The notes beneath the pieces are model-generated. The model had not been told where the DNA came from and did not search any database. It saw only the letters and a program-made list of their open reading frames with translations. The position numbers and the translations under genes are program-made. From Candidatus Omnitrophota bacterium (lineage in GTDB: Bacteria > Omnitrophota > Gorgyraeia > Gygaellales > JBFMBJ01), in the NCBI GenBank assembly GCA_040755235.1, contig JBFMBJ010000002.1:1-46743 (forward strand): 46,743 nucleotides of DNA. The letters are read 5' to 3'. The number at the start of each line of letters is the position of its first letter. Positions within the stretch are counted from its first letter, which is position 1. Shown in pieces: positions 1-10,240 of the stretch.

Positions 1-1049
1 TTACCATCCGTAAGGGTTTCTCTTATGGTATCATCTTTTAAGCTAACAATGCATTTTGCGCAGACCATTGCTTCAAGTAAAGAATTATTGGTATTACTAT
101 ATTTTGAGAACGCTACAAATACCTCGCAAATGTTAAGTAATTTAACAACTAATTCTCGCTCGATGTTTCCGAGAAAAAGTACTCTTTGTTCAATATTTTT
201 TCTTTTTACAAATTCCACTAATTGACTGCGTTGCGGGCCATCCCCGGCAAATACACAAATAGCTTGGGGATTAAGTCTAAAAAGTTCGGGAAGCGAAGAA
301 ATAAGTTTGTCTAAACCGTAAAATGGAACTAATCTGGCTAAAGAAAGGATAATCTTAGAATCTGAATCTACGCCTAAGTCTTTACAAATTTTTTCCTTTA
401 AGTGAGGGTCTGGATTATAAATATCAAAATCTACGCCGTTACGATAATCTAATATTTTATCTTTATTTACTCCTAATAACTGGGCTAAATCTGCGCCCCT
501 AGTCCCGTCTTTAGTTATTACGAAATAATCTGCGCCTAACTTAAAAGCAAGGTAATCTCTGAAATTCTTAATTCTCAATAATGGCTTTTTAAAAGCCCAG
601 TATAGATTGTCTGTGCCGTATACCCTAATTACTAACCTAGTTTTAAATATCTTACTTATTAGCCACCCAACGAATGCAGGTGTAAGGCTGTGAACATAAA
701 TAAGGTCTGGCCTGAAACGCAAAGCTGATTTAATTGCCCAAAAAAAGCAAAAAAACTGGAAAAGAAACCATTGGAGATTTGAAAAAAACGTACTCAGCAA
801 ATGACTCCAGAATCTATCTAGCCGTAAAATAGATATCAAGTTAAATAATGAAGCGAACGGCACTTTAAATCTAGAAATTCTAATGCCCTGATAATCTGTA
901 TAGCCGCTTTTATTATTATTTGCCGGGCACAAAAAATAAATTTCATGCCCCCTTTCTCTAAATATTTTTTGGGAAAAATATATCGAAGGAATACCTTTCT
1001 TCTCACCGGCAGGCCAAATATCAAGATTAGAAATACTTAATATCTTCAT
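1..1049 (-). CDS. Glycosyltransferase, GT4-like (GT-B fold); the 3' end runs off the window
   Basis: Absent from the ORF track because no stop lies inside the window. Reading the minus strand from the ATG at 1049 gives an open frame down to position 1. That ATG abuts the TAG of the upstream gene at 1050-1052. The translation reads MKILSISNLDIWPAGEKKGIPSIYF...LARLVPFYGLDKLI...FAGDGPQRSQL...NSLLEAM, which has a GT4-like layout. Confidence 0.75.
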   Translation of the reverse strand, partial: MKILSISNLDIWPAGEKKGIPSIYFSQKIFRERGHEIYFLCPANNNKSGYTDYQGIRISRFKVPFASLFNLISILRLDRFWSHLLSTFFSNLQWFLFQFFCFFWAIKSALRFRPDLIYVHSLTPAFVGWLISKIFKTRLVIRVYGTDNLYWAFKKPLLRIKNFRDYLAFKLGADYFVITKDGTRGADLAQLLGVNKDKILDYRNGVDFDIYNPDPHLKEKICKDLGVDSDSKIILSLARLVPFYGLDKLISSLPELFRLNPQAICVFAGDGPQRSQLVEFVKRKNIEQRVLFLGNIERELVVKLLNICEVFVAFSKYSNTNNSLLEAMVCAKCIVSLKDDTIRETLTDG

Positions 1050-2630
1050 CTATTTTAATAAGTTGCTCTCGTTCTCTACGTGAAAAAGTTTTAAATTAGA
1101 ATCCAGCAGTCTGTATTCAAGAACTATGTCCTTATCCTTATAAAAGCCTTCATAAATTTGGTCTAAAAAACTACGTGGCGCCGGCAATAACAGATGCGTG
1201 ACATTGTATTTTTTTGCTAGAAATTTCAGCGTATCTAAATTTTCATAGGGGATTTGAACACATTTCACTTTTGTGAAGTAATTAAATTCCCAAGGGTTTC
1301 TAGTCATGATTACAATATCATCTGGATTATAGTGGCTTTTTAAGTATAGGCCCAACTCGCTATATTGCTTATACAACTTTCGATCGTCGCGATATCTTGC
1401 TTTTAGGTCAAAACCTATAAGAATAATATTATAAAAAACCAAAATAGATACAATAGACCACAACAATCTTCCCTTCTTAGAATTTAAATGTTTTTCATAA
1501 ATATCTGCTGTCAATACTAGCCCCTGAGAAGCTAAAGGAATAAAAAATAGCAATAATGATGGCAGCGTATTAGTATCCAAACCAAAAGAGGTAGCCATAA
1601 AAAAACTTACAAATAATAAAAAATATAAAGCGACTGGTATTAATTTAATTTTATTACGATTTACGATTAAGCCTAGATAAATAAACACAAACAATGACAT
1701 AACATATTTAGATATTAAGGAATTAAAACAATTCATAAGCTGTACTATTTTTAAATATATTATGCTAGTGAGCGGCAATTCAAAGTACTCTTTCCGAGCT
1801 AAGCTGAAATCATAGGAATATAATGCCTCGTAGGTTTTTAAAAATATACCCTTGCTAAGATATGATGGCAATATACTGCCTAAGACATAATAGTTTCTGA
1901 TAAACCATGGCATCATGGCCATGAGGTATGATAAATTCATAAATAGCAAATAACGATAAGCCAGATTATGATTCTTGACCTTAGAATAGATAAAAAATAG
2001 ATTTATTGCTATTATTAAAATAAATGCATCTAAGCGAATAAGGTGGCAAACAGCCAGAAAAAAACCTAGGAGCATCCAAATGTATAGTTTACTATGCTGT
2101 TTAGTTATCGTCTTACATGTTAATATAAATACAATACCCACGAAAAACACATAGGGCACAATAGTCTCAAGCGTCAAAGAATTAATAAATAGGACTGGGT
2201 TAGCCAATGTTAATATGGCGGCGAGTAGAGCTATATTATTATCGTCAACCAATTCTTTAGAGATAAAATAAATAAGGATAGGCAAGATAGAGCCTAGCAA
2301 GATATTAGGCATTAATGAGCTTAAGATAGAAAGACCAAATAATTTAAAGGAAAGGAATATTAGTATAGAGTTTAGAGGCATCCACCAATCATTGCTGGGG
2401 TGAGTTAAACTGGACCACTTTTTTAAAAAATGCCATATGTAATCAATTTGAAATCCTCTGCCATTATATAAATTCTCAGCGACAGAATAATAATAACTGG
2501 GGTCGGCATGGCCAGGTGATGTTATTGGAAACGCTGCTAACAATTTTGCCAAAATGGATATCAAAAAAAGAATGGCTAATAGATATTTTGTCTTAATTTT
2601 CGGCCTCAAATTATTCTGGCTATTTGTCAT
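1050..2630 (-). CDS. Integral-membrane GT-C glycosyltransferase (ArnT/PMT, GT39/83-like)
   Basis: 526 aa. The N-terminal ~400 aa are very hydrophobic and polytopic, followed by a soluble C-terminal domain. It overlaps the upstream GT2 gene by 11 nt. Size and topology fit polyprenyl-phosphate-sugar-dependent transferases. Confidence 0.6.
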   Translation of the reverse strand: MTNSQNNLRPKIKTKYLLAILFLISILAKLLAAFPITSPGHADPSYYYSVAENLYNGRGFQIDYIWHFLKKWSSLTHPSNDWWMPLNSILIFLSFKLFGLSILSSLMPNILLGSILPILIYFISKELVDDNNIALLAAILTLANPVLFINSLTLETIVPYVFFVGIVFILTCKTITKQHSKLYIWMLLGFFLAVCHLIRLDAFILIIAINLFFIYSKVKNHNLAYRYLLFMNLSYLMAMMPWFIRNYYVLGSILPSYLSKGIFLKTYEALYSYDFSLARKEYFELPLTSIIYLKIVQLMNCFNSLISKYVMSLFVFIYLGLIVNRNKIKLIPVALYFLLFVSFFMATSFGLDTNTLPSLLLFFIPLASQGLVLTADIYEKHLNSKKGRLLWSIVSILVFYNIILIGFDLKARYRDDRKLYKQYSELGLYLKSHYNPDDIVIMTRNPWEFNYFTKVKCVQIPYENLDTLKFLAKKYNVTHLLLPAPRSFLDQIYEGFYKDKDIVLEYRLLDSNLKLFHVENESNLLK

Positions 2631-3348
2631 TAAATTCTCCTGCTTCTAGTCTAATAAAAAGCTTCATATACCTTAAGAATGTATCAATCTTACCCATCTT
2701 ACTTCTGCCTTCCCTGCGGTATTTAAATATAATAGGTATTTCTACCATCTTAAATCCATTTTTTTGAGCCCAAATTAGAAATTCAACATAAAAATCGAAG
2801 TTTTTAGCTCGCACTCTATTTTTAACTTTATCAATAACTTCTCTTTTGCAAAGACGGTAACCTGATGTCTTGTCTTTTATATCATGCAATTTAGTCAGAT
2901 GAGAAAGGATATTATTAACCAACCTGCTGAGTAAATATTTCCAGGTCGGAAGACCATGCATCATTCCGCCTTTAACGTAGCGGGAGCCTATAACGATATC
3001 TACATTCTCTTGATCAATAGCTTTCAAAAAATGCGGTAATTCTTCCGGTTGATGATTAAGGTCACCATCCATCGTCAAAATATGAGTCGTATCTGCCGCA
3101 ATTGCATCAAAACCAATTTTAAAGGCTTTAGCTACCCCCAGGGGTTCTCTAAAATATATTAATTTTAGCTCTAATAATCCAGAGTCTTGCAGATTTTTAA
3201 GCTTTTCAATGGTGCCATCTTCTCCTTGAACTACTATTATTATTTCAAAATCTATATTTAATTCTGCAAATACATTTTTGAATCTCTTAACTAGGATTAA
3301 GATATTCTCTTCTTCATTATATGCCGGGATCACCGCTGATATCTTCAT
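2620..3348 (-). CDS. GT2 polyprenol-phosphate glycosyltransferase (Dpm1/ArnC/GtrB-like)
   Basis: 242 aa. N-terminal ISAVIPAYNEEENI and the DxD-type motif TMDGDLNHQPEE are typical of GT2 polyprenyl-phosphate sugar synthases. Confidence 0.8.
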   Translation of the reverse strand: MKISAVIPAYNEEENILILVKRFKNVFAELNIDFEIIIVVQGEDGTIEKLKNLQDSGLLELKLIYFREPLGVAKAFKIGFDAIAADTTHILTMDGDLNHQPEELPHFLKAIDQENVDIVIGSRYVKGGMMHGLPTWKYLLSRLVNNILSHLTKLHDIKDKTSGYRLCKREVIDKVKNRVRAKNFDFYVEFLIWAQKNGFKMVEIPIIFKYRREGRSKMGKIDTFLRYMKLFIRLEAGEFNDK

Positions 3349-4772
3349 ACACTAGCCCTATTTCTAAAACTAGTTAATATTGTCATGAGACCTCTTATAT
3401 CGTTTTTAATCTCCTGCAATGAACTTATTCGCTTAATTCTAGAAAGAATATAACCAGGCCTAAGGTAAAATTTACGATATGCGCGCTTGTACTCGTAAAA
3501 TATTTCTTTTGGAGAAAAAAAATCTGTCCTAAAAATAGGTTCGTTATGAAACGTATATTTTGACCAGTCCTCTTCTAATATATAGTTTCTATTTTTTAAT
3601 TCCTCATAAATGGCTGTTTTGGGAAGCGGGATAAGGATATGAAAATCTGCAATGTCAACCTTAATATCTTTCAAAAAGTGCAAGGTGTTATCAATATCAT
3701 TTCTGTTTTCGTTGGGAAAGCCGATTATTATAAAAGCTACCGTCTCTATCCCTACCTTGCGACATACCTCAAAAGCCCCTCTGATAGTAGCTAAATCTAT
3801 ATTCTTTTTTATATAGTCTAAGGTTTTCTGATTACCGGACTCAATGCCGAAAGATAATGAATAGCATCCGGATTTCTTCATTAACTTTGCTAACTCAAAA
3901 TCTATTGTTTTTGCATGCACCCCGTTTGGGGCTGACCATTTAATCTTTAGCCCTTTCTTTACTATACCATTGCATATCCCTTCGATATGGCTCCTATCCA
4001 AGGTGAAGTTATCATCAATAAAAGCGAAATCAAATACGGAATGCTTATTAATCAAATATTCGATTTCTTCAATTACATTTTCGGGGCTACGCATTCTGTA
4101 TCGTCTATTAAAAACACCTCTATTGCAGTATGTACAGTTAAAAGGGCATCCTCGACTTGTTAATATGGCAGCGGTTTTATTGCTTCTCATTAAAGGATGC
4201 CTATACCTCGCAAGGTTAAAAAGCTGGTGCGCTGGGAAAGGTAACGAATCAAGATCTTCTATAAATGGACGTCGGGGATTAAATATTATCTTTCCATCGC
4301 TCTTTTGAACAGTTCCACAGACAAAGAATCTTTTTTCCGAATTTTCCAGAGTGAGTTCAACTAGTTCTAAAAAGGTAAGTTCTCCCTCGCCTTGGACTAC
4401 AACATCAATCTCCTCTTGCCTAATCAGTTCCTCAGGAAAACAAGTAGGATGAACCCCGCCTAGCACTACCAAAGTGTTAGGTAAAATGCCTTTTACCATG
4501 CTGGCAATGTTGAGCGCTTTTTTAATTGCTGGCGTGGTAGAAGTGATTCCGACTATCTCAGGACTTTTAAAAAGCAGAAAATCTTTTAGTTTTTTCTCTT
4601 CAAATTCTTGCACAGCCATATCGATTATTTCTACTTCATATCCGCTACGAAGTAAAACGCTGGCAATATATCCTAATCCTAAGGGAGGAGAAACCCATTC
4701 TGAGCCATGTATAGCATTTGAAAATTCCAAATAAGATGGATTTATTAAAACTATCTTACCTCTTTTAGACAA
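3345..4772 (-). CDS. B12-binding-domain radical SAM enzyme
   Basis: 475 aa. The N-terminus has a Rossmann-like, cobalamin-domain layout (KIVLINP...VGITS...LGGVHPT), followed by SRGCPFNCTYCN (CxxxCxxC). Confidence 0.8.
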   Translation of the reverse strand: MSKRGKIVLINPSYLEFSNAIHGSEWVSPPLGLGYIASVLLRSGYEVEIIDMAVQEFEEKKLKDFLLFKSPEIVGITSTTPAIKKALNIASMVKGILPNTLVVLGGVHPTCFPEELIRQEEIDVVVQGEGELTFLELVELTLENSEKRFFVCGTVQKSDGKIIFNPRRPFIEDLDSLPFPAHQLFNLARYRHPLMRSNKTAAILTSRGCPFNCTYCNRGVFNRRYRMRSPENVIEEIEYLINKHSVFDFAFIDDNFTLDRSHIEGICNGIVKKGLKIKWSAPNGVHAKTIDFELAKLMKKSGCYSLSFGIESGNQKTLDYIKKNIDLATIRGAFEVCRKVGIETVAFIIIGFPNENRNDIDNTLHFLKDIKVDIADFHILIPLPKTAIYEELKNRNYILEEDWSKYTFHNEPIFRTDFFSPKEIFYEYKRAYRKFYLRPGYILSRIKRISSLQEIKNDIRGLMTILTSFRNRASV

Positions 4773-4798
4773 ATCTACTTGCCTCCAAAACTAATGAC

Positions 4799-5593
4799 TT
4801 ACTTTTTCACTAGTTCTACGAATAATCCATATCCTCGCTTTGATTTCTGAAAGTAATAATCTAATCTTACGGCGATGGAGAAAAATAAAAATTTAAGTCT
4901 GCTAAACCCCTTTATGCCATAAGTAATATCGGTCGCTAATGATGAAAATAATTTCAAAAAATACGCATAAAAGTTAAGTCTAAAAAAATCCTCTGTTTTA
5001 ACCCTTATCTCATCCAAAGAATATTTTCGCACATCGCCTAACTTGAGTCTCAAATGCTCACCATCTATTTTTAACCAAGATTTAGCATTAGGTAAATCTT
5101 TGGAATAAAAAAAATTAGGAATAATCTTTCTTATAATTCGTTGCAAAAAAAATAAATTTGCGCTGCAAGGATAATCCTCAGGCAAAGAGATTAGCAACCT
5201 GCCAGCGGATTTAATCACCCTAAAAAACTCTTTTATCGCTAAATAATCCTCTTTTATATACTCCAAAACATCCAAAGAAATAATGGCATCAATAGAATTA
5301 TCGCGTAAGGCTAAATTACGCAAATCAGAGACAATAAAATACGGCCTATCGCTAAGTTCTAAAGTTTTACTAAATCCCCTATCCTCTCTTATCCTCTCAA
5401 TTGAGCTATCAATTCCAATTGCCCTTACGCCTTTTCGAGCGAGTCCCAAAGTAACTATGCCTTGGCCACAACCAGCGTCTAAGACAATCTGTCCCTTATT
5501 AAATTTAGCTAATTTGAATAAGGTGTAATATCGCGGTAGCCAATGAATCTCTGATTTTAACAATAAATTAGATATCCTATTAAAAAACTTCAT
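4799..5593 (-). CDS. Class I SAM-dependent methyltransferase
   Basis: 264 aa. Motif I is VLDAGCGQGIVT and a post-I acidic residue lies in GIDSS. Confidence 0.75.
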   Translation of the reverse strand: MKFFNRISNLLLKSEIHWLPRYYTLFKLAKFNKGQIVLDAGCGQGIVTLGLARKGVRAIGIDSSIERIREDRGFSKTLELSDRPYFIVSDLRNLALRDNSIDAIISLDVLEYIKEDYLAIKEFFRVIKSAGRLLISLPEDYPCSANLFFLQRIIRKIIPNFFYSKDLPNAKSWLKIDGEHLRLKLGDVRKYSLDEIRVKTEDFFRLNFYAYFLKLFSSLATDITYGIKGFSRLKFLFFSIAVRLDYYFQKSKRGYGLFVELVKK

Positions 5594-5600
5594 AAAAAAA

Positions 5601-6266
5601 TTAAGGCTTTATTCTATATAATATATACTTATACCCGCCTGCCTCTATATGTTCGCTGATTCTTAAAATTTCGTAATTGTATTTTTCAAACGAATGCTCA
5701 TTAAATAGATATCTATGCTCTCCGCTAAGGTAAAGCCGTGGATTATCAAATTTTTCTATGTACGGAGTGCAGATAATTAAACTATCATTTATAAATTTTA
5801 AGCATTTGTCTACAACAGCAAAAGGGTCGTTAAGATGCTCCAAGACATGTATTAAAATTATAAAATCATATTTTTTAGGCGGCACTCCTGTCCTGATATC
5901 CAAAACAAAATAATCAACATCTGTTGTTTTGGATCTTGCCTTCTCTATTCCTACAGGGCTTATGTCTGCGCCACTAAATTGGGCTTTAGGAAAATAGGTT
6001 TTTAGGAGATTTAAACCGTCGCCCATAGCACAACCTATATCTAAAAGCATAAAAGGTCTATCCTTGGGTAAAATTTCAGTTAGCGGCCGATAAGGAAAAT
6101 CCCGCAGGAAATTGTCTTTTTTTGAAAACATGCGGTCCCAATATCTAGGCGTGTTTATATTAGTAAGCTCTCTGAAAATATTTCCAATTCTATAGTGCGT
6201 AGTTTTATCCAATGCCTTAATTTTTGACACTATTTTTCGGTGCAGGTTTTTAAATATTTTGTTCAT
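5601..6266 (-). CDS. Class I SAM-dependent methyltransferase
   Basis: 221 aa. Motif I is LLDIGCAMGDG, followed by GADISP and ILIHVLEHL. Confidence 0.75.
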   Translation of the reverse strand: MNKIFKNLHRKIVSKIKALDKTTHYRIGNIFRELTNINTPRYWDRMFSKKDNFLRDFPYRPLTEILPKDRPFMLLDIGCAMGDGLNLLKTYFPKAQFSGADISPVGIEKARSKTTDVDYFVLDIRTGVPPKKYDFIILIHVLEHLNDPFAVVDKCLKFINDSLIICTPYIEKFDNPRLYLSGEHRYLFNEHSFEKYNYEILRISEHIEAGGYKYILYRIKP

Positions 6267-7719
6267 ATTTATTGCAAAAAATATCGATTATCTCCCTGAA
6301 TATTTGGACGTTAGAAATGTATAGCCCGGCTAAATAAATCGACATACCCAATATCGCCGAGCTGATAAGCAGGAAGACATCCGGTAAAGAAAAGTTTATT
6401 TTCACTAACAGCAAGAACAACTTAAGAACTATTAGCATAACTGCTGAATAGATTATTGCCGGCAAAAGAGCATTTACATAACTGATTAAGTCTATTCTAA
6501 CTAGGCGCCTGACAAATATATAGGCAATTATGTTTATAAGTAAAGAATATACACAAATTCCAATTGCCACAGCTGTAATGCCTAATCTGGATGTTATTAC
6601 GATGGTCGATATCAAGGCAAATAAAGAAATAATCGAAAGGTGGAATTCGATTTCTGCGTGGCCGCTAGCAAGGAAAATTAATCCTACAAAAGTTGTTATA
6701 CTAGATATCATACCTGCAATGCATAAATACTGTAAAGGCACAACCATTGCATTCCATTTCTCGCTAAAGGCAAATCTGACAAACTCCGGACACAATAGAA
6801 TAAGACCGCAAAGTAAAGGGAAGATTATTATTGAAGCGTATTTTATAATTTTTAGATAGGCCCTCATTAATTGCTCTTTATCCTCTTGTATCTTGGAAAA
6901 AGCTGGAAAAGCTACTTTATTCACTATGCCAGAAATTTTCTCTCGAGCAAAATTAGAGATATTATAAGCCATAGAGTAATAGCCCAAAGTCAAACTTCCT
7001 AGGGACCTTCCTATTATAATCCTGTCTATATTTGAAATTAGATAATTAGTAACTTTATAACTAAACATATTCTTAGCAAACCTAATTAATTCATTCAAGC
7101 TATTCAAGCTCAAACTTAAATTAGGCCTCCAAGGGTAAATTATCCATAAAAGACAGACTCGCAGTAGACTGCTAAAAATATACCCGTAAACCAAACTCCA
7201 AACCCGCCAACCATTAAAGGCCAAGCCTATCGAAATGAGGCCAAAACTTAAGGTTTCGCAAATTTCAATAACTGCCACTTTCCTAAACAAGAGCTCTTTT
7301 CTAAGCAGTGAATCAGCCACTATGCCGAAGGAATCAATGATAAATTTTAGTGAGAACACCGTTATAACTGAATTAATAATTTCTTTATGAAAGAAATGGG
7401 AAATTACCGGTGCAACCTTAATCATAATTACAAAAAGTGCCGAGCCAGCCAGGGCGCAAACCCACAATGCAGATGAGAGGGCATTTTGCTTAAGATTTTT
7501 ATTTTGGACAATTGCTGCGCTTAACCCTAAATCGCCAATACTAAGCGAAAGCGCTGTAAACGCCATTACTATTGCCATAATGCCAAAATCATCAACAGAT
7601 AACAAGCGGGCTAAAATAGCGATAAAAGCGAATTGAAAGAGATAGCGCAAAAATTGCGATAAACTAACCCAGCCAATGCCGCCAAGTACCTGATATTTTA
7701 AAGTAATGCTCCTACCCAT
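6250..7719 (-). CDS. Polysaccharide flippase (Wzx/MOP family)
   Basis: 489 aa polytopic membrane protein with the size and hydrophobic pattern of Wzx-type oligosaccharide flippases. It sits inside a glycan locus. Confidence 0.7.
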   Translation of the reverse strand: MGRSITLKYQVLGGIGWVSLSQFLRYLFQFAFIAILARLLSVDDFGIMAIVMAFTALSLSIGDLGLSAAIVQNKNLKQNALSSALWVCALAGSALFVIMIKVAPVISHFFHKEIINSVITVFSLKFIIDSFGIVADSLLRKELLFRKVAVIEICETLSFGLISIGLAFNGWRVWSLVYGYIFSSLLRVCLLWIIYPWRPNLSLSLNSLNELIRFAKNMFSYKVTNYLISNIDRIIIGRSLGSLTLGYYSMAYNISNFAREKISGIVNKVAFPAFSKIQEDKEQLMRAYLKIIKYASIIIFPLLCGLILLCPEFVRFAFSEKWNAMVVPLQYLCIAGMISSITTFVGLIFLASGHAEIEFHLSIISLFALISTIVITSRLGITAVAIGICVYSLLINIIAYIFVRRLVRIDLISYVNALLPAIIYSAVMLIVLKLFLLLVKINFSLPDVFLLISSAILGMSIYLAGLYISNVQIFREIIDIFCNKYEQNI

Positions 7720-7720
7720 C

Positions 7721-8770
7721 TTACCTAATCACTCTATTGAAAAACATTTGTGCTCCACAAACTTGATAGGCAAATTGCGCCAGATTGCCGTTATGTATGA
7801 ACAACCTCTTCAATTTAAATATATCTTCATCTTTTCTATTCAATCTACCTTGGCAGATTAGCACGCAACTTAGATTTGTTGATTTCAAATAGTCAGACAC
7901 TTTATTATTGATCTTAGCAAAAGGCACAGAAAAATATATCTCATTACTGCCTTTAATTGATTTTATGTAATCAATTGATTCATCTATTTCTTTTTTAAGC
8001 TCTTCTTCTTTTAGTAACGTCAAATCTTTATGTGATAGCGAATGCGCCCCTATCTCTATGCCTGCCTCAACCAATATTTTTAAATCTTCTTTTCCAAGAA
8101 ATAGATTTCCTAAAATATCATCCTCATAAACATCCAATTCTTTTTTTAGTTTTAAAAGCGCAACTTTTCTATTCTCATCAGAAATTTTATCCATATATTC
8201 TAATAATAAAAGCAGACTTTCATATTTATGTTTTCCATCTATTAAGGATATGTTAATAGGCAGACCGGCGGCGGTTATAAATTTATGCTCTCTTTTTTTT
8301 GATAAGTCTAAAATTGCGTAAAGCTCTGAACGCCAAAAATTTCTATGCTCATTCTTTCCTATAACAAAAACTGTTGCCGGGCATTTATTTTTTTCGAGTA
8401 TCTCTAAAGCCACTTCTTTAAAATCCTTGAATCCGTCATCAAAGGTAATAACTGCAACACCTTTAAGGCTTTCATTGTTTTTCTTTCTACCCAAATATTG
8501 TTTTAAACTTATTATTTCGTAATTTTTTTTCAGATAAGCAATCTGTTTTTGAAAACTTGATTTAGAAATAGCCAAACCTCTTAAGGCAAATGAGGAGATT
8601 CCTGTCTTAGTATAAAGACTATCCATGACTCTGTGATAAAGAACAATTGGAACATACTCTTTTTTGTTATGAATAAACTTAAAAATCCTAAAAATCCCGC
8701 AATAGAAACAGAAATTTATTATTATAAATTTTACTGGTCTAATAAAGAAATGTTCGTTGTGCATATACAA
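7721..8770 (-). CDS. Polysaccharide deacetylase (NodB homology, CE4)
   Basis: 349 aa. It has an N-terminal TM segment, the ITFDDGFKD motif, and a later HSLSH His motif. Confidence 0.75.
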   Translation of the reverse strand: MYMHNEHFFIRPVKFIIINFCFYCGIFRIFKFIHNKKEYVPIVLYHRVMDSLYTKTGISSFALRGLAISKSSFQKQIAYLKKNYEIISLKQYLGRKKNNESLKGVAVITFDDGFKDFKEVALEILEKNKCPATVFVIGKNEHRNFWRSELYAILDLSKKREHKFITAAGLPINISLIDGKHKYESLLLLLEYMDKISDENRKVALLKLKKELDVYEDDILGNLFLGKEDLKILVEAGIEIGAHSLSHKDLTLLKEEELKKEIDESIDYIKSIKGSNEIYFSVPFAKINNKVSDYLKSTNLSCVLICQGRLNRKDEDIFKLKRLFIHNGNLAQFAYQVCGAQMFFNRVIR

Positions 8771-8789
8771 AGTGAATTAAAAGAGATTT

Positions 8790-10157
8790 TTACTTTTCTT
8801 CGGATTTGGCCTCTGGCAAAACATTAATCATAGCGGCAATAAACCAAAATGGTTCCATGATTCGCACAATAATAAATGTTGAGGCAGAAAAACCATGGCC
8901 CAATAGCCCAACAAATCCAGCAAGGAAGCCTACAATCAATCCTTGCGACCACGCATCATCAGCTTGCTTTAGGCCTGTCATTGAAGTCTTGAAAATCATA
9001 GCTAATAACCAAACAAATATCACAACTCCTATCAAACCAGTTTCGCCCAATACCAGCGTATATTGATTATCGATTAATTTCAAGCCAGTAACACCATAAC
9101 CCAAGATCGGCCTTTCTGCCCATTTTTTAAACACTTCTTTTGAGGATTCTATTCTGTTTGCTGCTGAGTCCTCTAAGTGTATACGTTTACCAAAGACCGT
9201 ATAATCTCTGCCGGGATCCGTAAAAGTTCTATTAATCCTAGTTTTTATTAACTCAGGAGTAACCAAGGGGATGAAGAATACAGCTGCGATCAGTATCATT
9301 ATAAGTATCGCCTTTTTTCTTCTTGTCAATATTATTAAGGCGAGGTACATAAAAATAAACCCCAGATATCCGCCTCGGGACTGAGTATAGAAAAATGAGG
9401 GCATGGTAAATAAAATAAGGGCTATACTTGAGAATTGCCAAAGGTTAGATTTAGCATATAGAAGTATACCGGTAGAAATTGCCAATAACAATATCTGGTA
9501 GCCAGCCAATGTATTAGGCTCTCCGCCATGGCCTCCTTCGAATGGCGCGGTGGTTTTTTCTGCCAGGACAATTTGCGGATAAGTAGAAATTGAAACTAAG
9601 ATACAGACAATAAAAAGAAACAAGGTAAATCTTTTGATATCTTTAGAGCTTTGTATATTGTCGGTAACCATAAAAAAGAGAAGGAAATACTCAAAATATT
9701 TAATAATATAAAAAATGCTCCTTATTAACGTAATCTCTCTCTCGCCTTCTGCTAAGTTCAATAAGGTCGAGATAATGCAAATTGCTATAAAGGAAAGTAA
9801 GGGTGCATTTAAGGGAGTTACTCTTAAAAGTCCTAATTTCTTATTAATTGCCATTTTTACCAACCAGGTAAAAGATATTACCAAAAGCAATAGGTCATCT
9901 AAACGAATAGCAATGGCTCTCGGGCCTAACTCACCTACCGAGAATTCCGGTGACAGCAACATTGAAAATATAAGCATTATCAAACTTGCATTGGTATTTA
10001 TCAGGGCGACAAGAAAAGCCGCAATTGCTGCGGCTATTATGAGCTGTTTTTCAGGATTAAACCCAAACAGAAATGGGATAAGCAGAAATAATAAAACTAT
10101 TGCTGCCGGGATAATTAAGGCATTAAGGTTGGCTTGGCCGATTCTCTTAAATCTCAT
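8790..10157 (-). CDS. O-antigen ligase/polymerase-like membrane protein (Wzy_C family)
   Basis: 455 aa polytopic protein with the YTQSRGGYLGF motif typical of Wzy_C/O-antigen-ligase domains. Confidence 0.65.
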   Translation of the reverse strand: MRFKRIGQANLNALIIPAAIVLLFLLIPFLFGFNPEKQLIIAAAIAAFLVALINTNASLIMLIFSMLLSPEFSVGELGPRAIAIRLDDLLLLVISFTWLVKMAINKKLGLLRVTPLNAPLLSFIAICIISTLLNLAEGEREITLIRSIFYIIKYFEYFLLFFMVTDNIQSSKDIKRFTLFLFIVCILVSISTYPQIVLAEKTTAPFEGGHGGEPNTLAGYQILLLAISTGILLYAKSNLWQFSSIALILFTMPSFFYTQSRGGYLGFIFMYLALIILTRRKKAILIMILIAAVFFIPLVTPELIKTRINRTFTDPGRDYTVFGKRIHLEDSAANRIESSKEVFKKWAERPILGYGVTGLKLIDNQYTLVLGETGLIGVVIFVWLLAMIFKTSMTGLKQADDAWSQGLIVGFLAGFVGLLGHGFSASTFIIVRIMEPFWFIAAMINVLPEAKSEEK

Positions 10158-10163
10158 CTTATT

Positions 10164-10190
10164 AAAAACAAAGAGGGTATTATCCCTCTT
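10164..10190 (-). terminator. Rho-independent terminator/attenuator candidate between the BY-kinase and Wzy-like genes
   Basis: The minus strand reads AAGAGGG-ATAATA-CCCTCTT (7-bp stem) followed by TGTTTTT. It lies about 50 nt after the kinase stop and 13 nt before the next ATG. Confidence 0.5.
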
Positions 10191-10240
10191 AATTTGGTAA
10201 TCTAAAAGTTAGCTTCCTAATAATAAATTTTGGCGTTTTT

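Noticed and set aside
836-1024. A 62-aa minus-strand ORF from the track
   Set aside because: It lies out of frame inside the much longer open frame 1-1049, which translates into a GT4-like protein with a coupled start at 1049.
8790-10157. Exosortase (EpsH) as an identity for the polytopic protein in the EPS locus
   Set aside because: The SRGG-containing motif and the overall pattern fit Wzy_C/O-antigen ligase better. I did not recognise the exosortase Cys/Arg/His signature.
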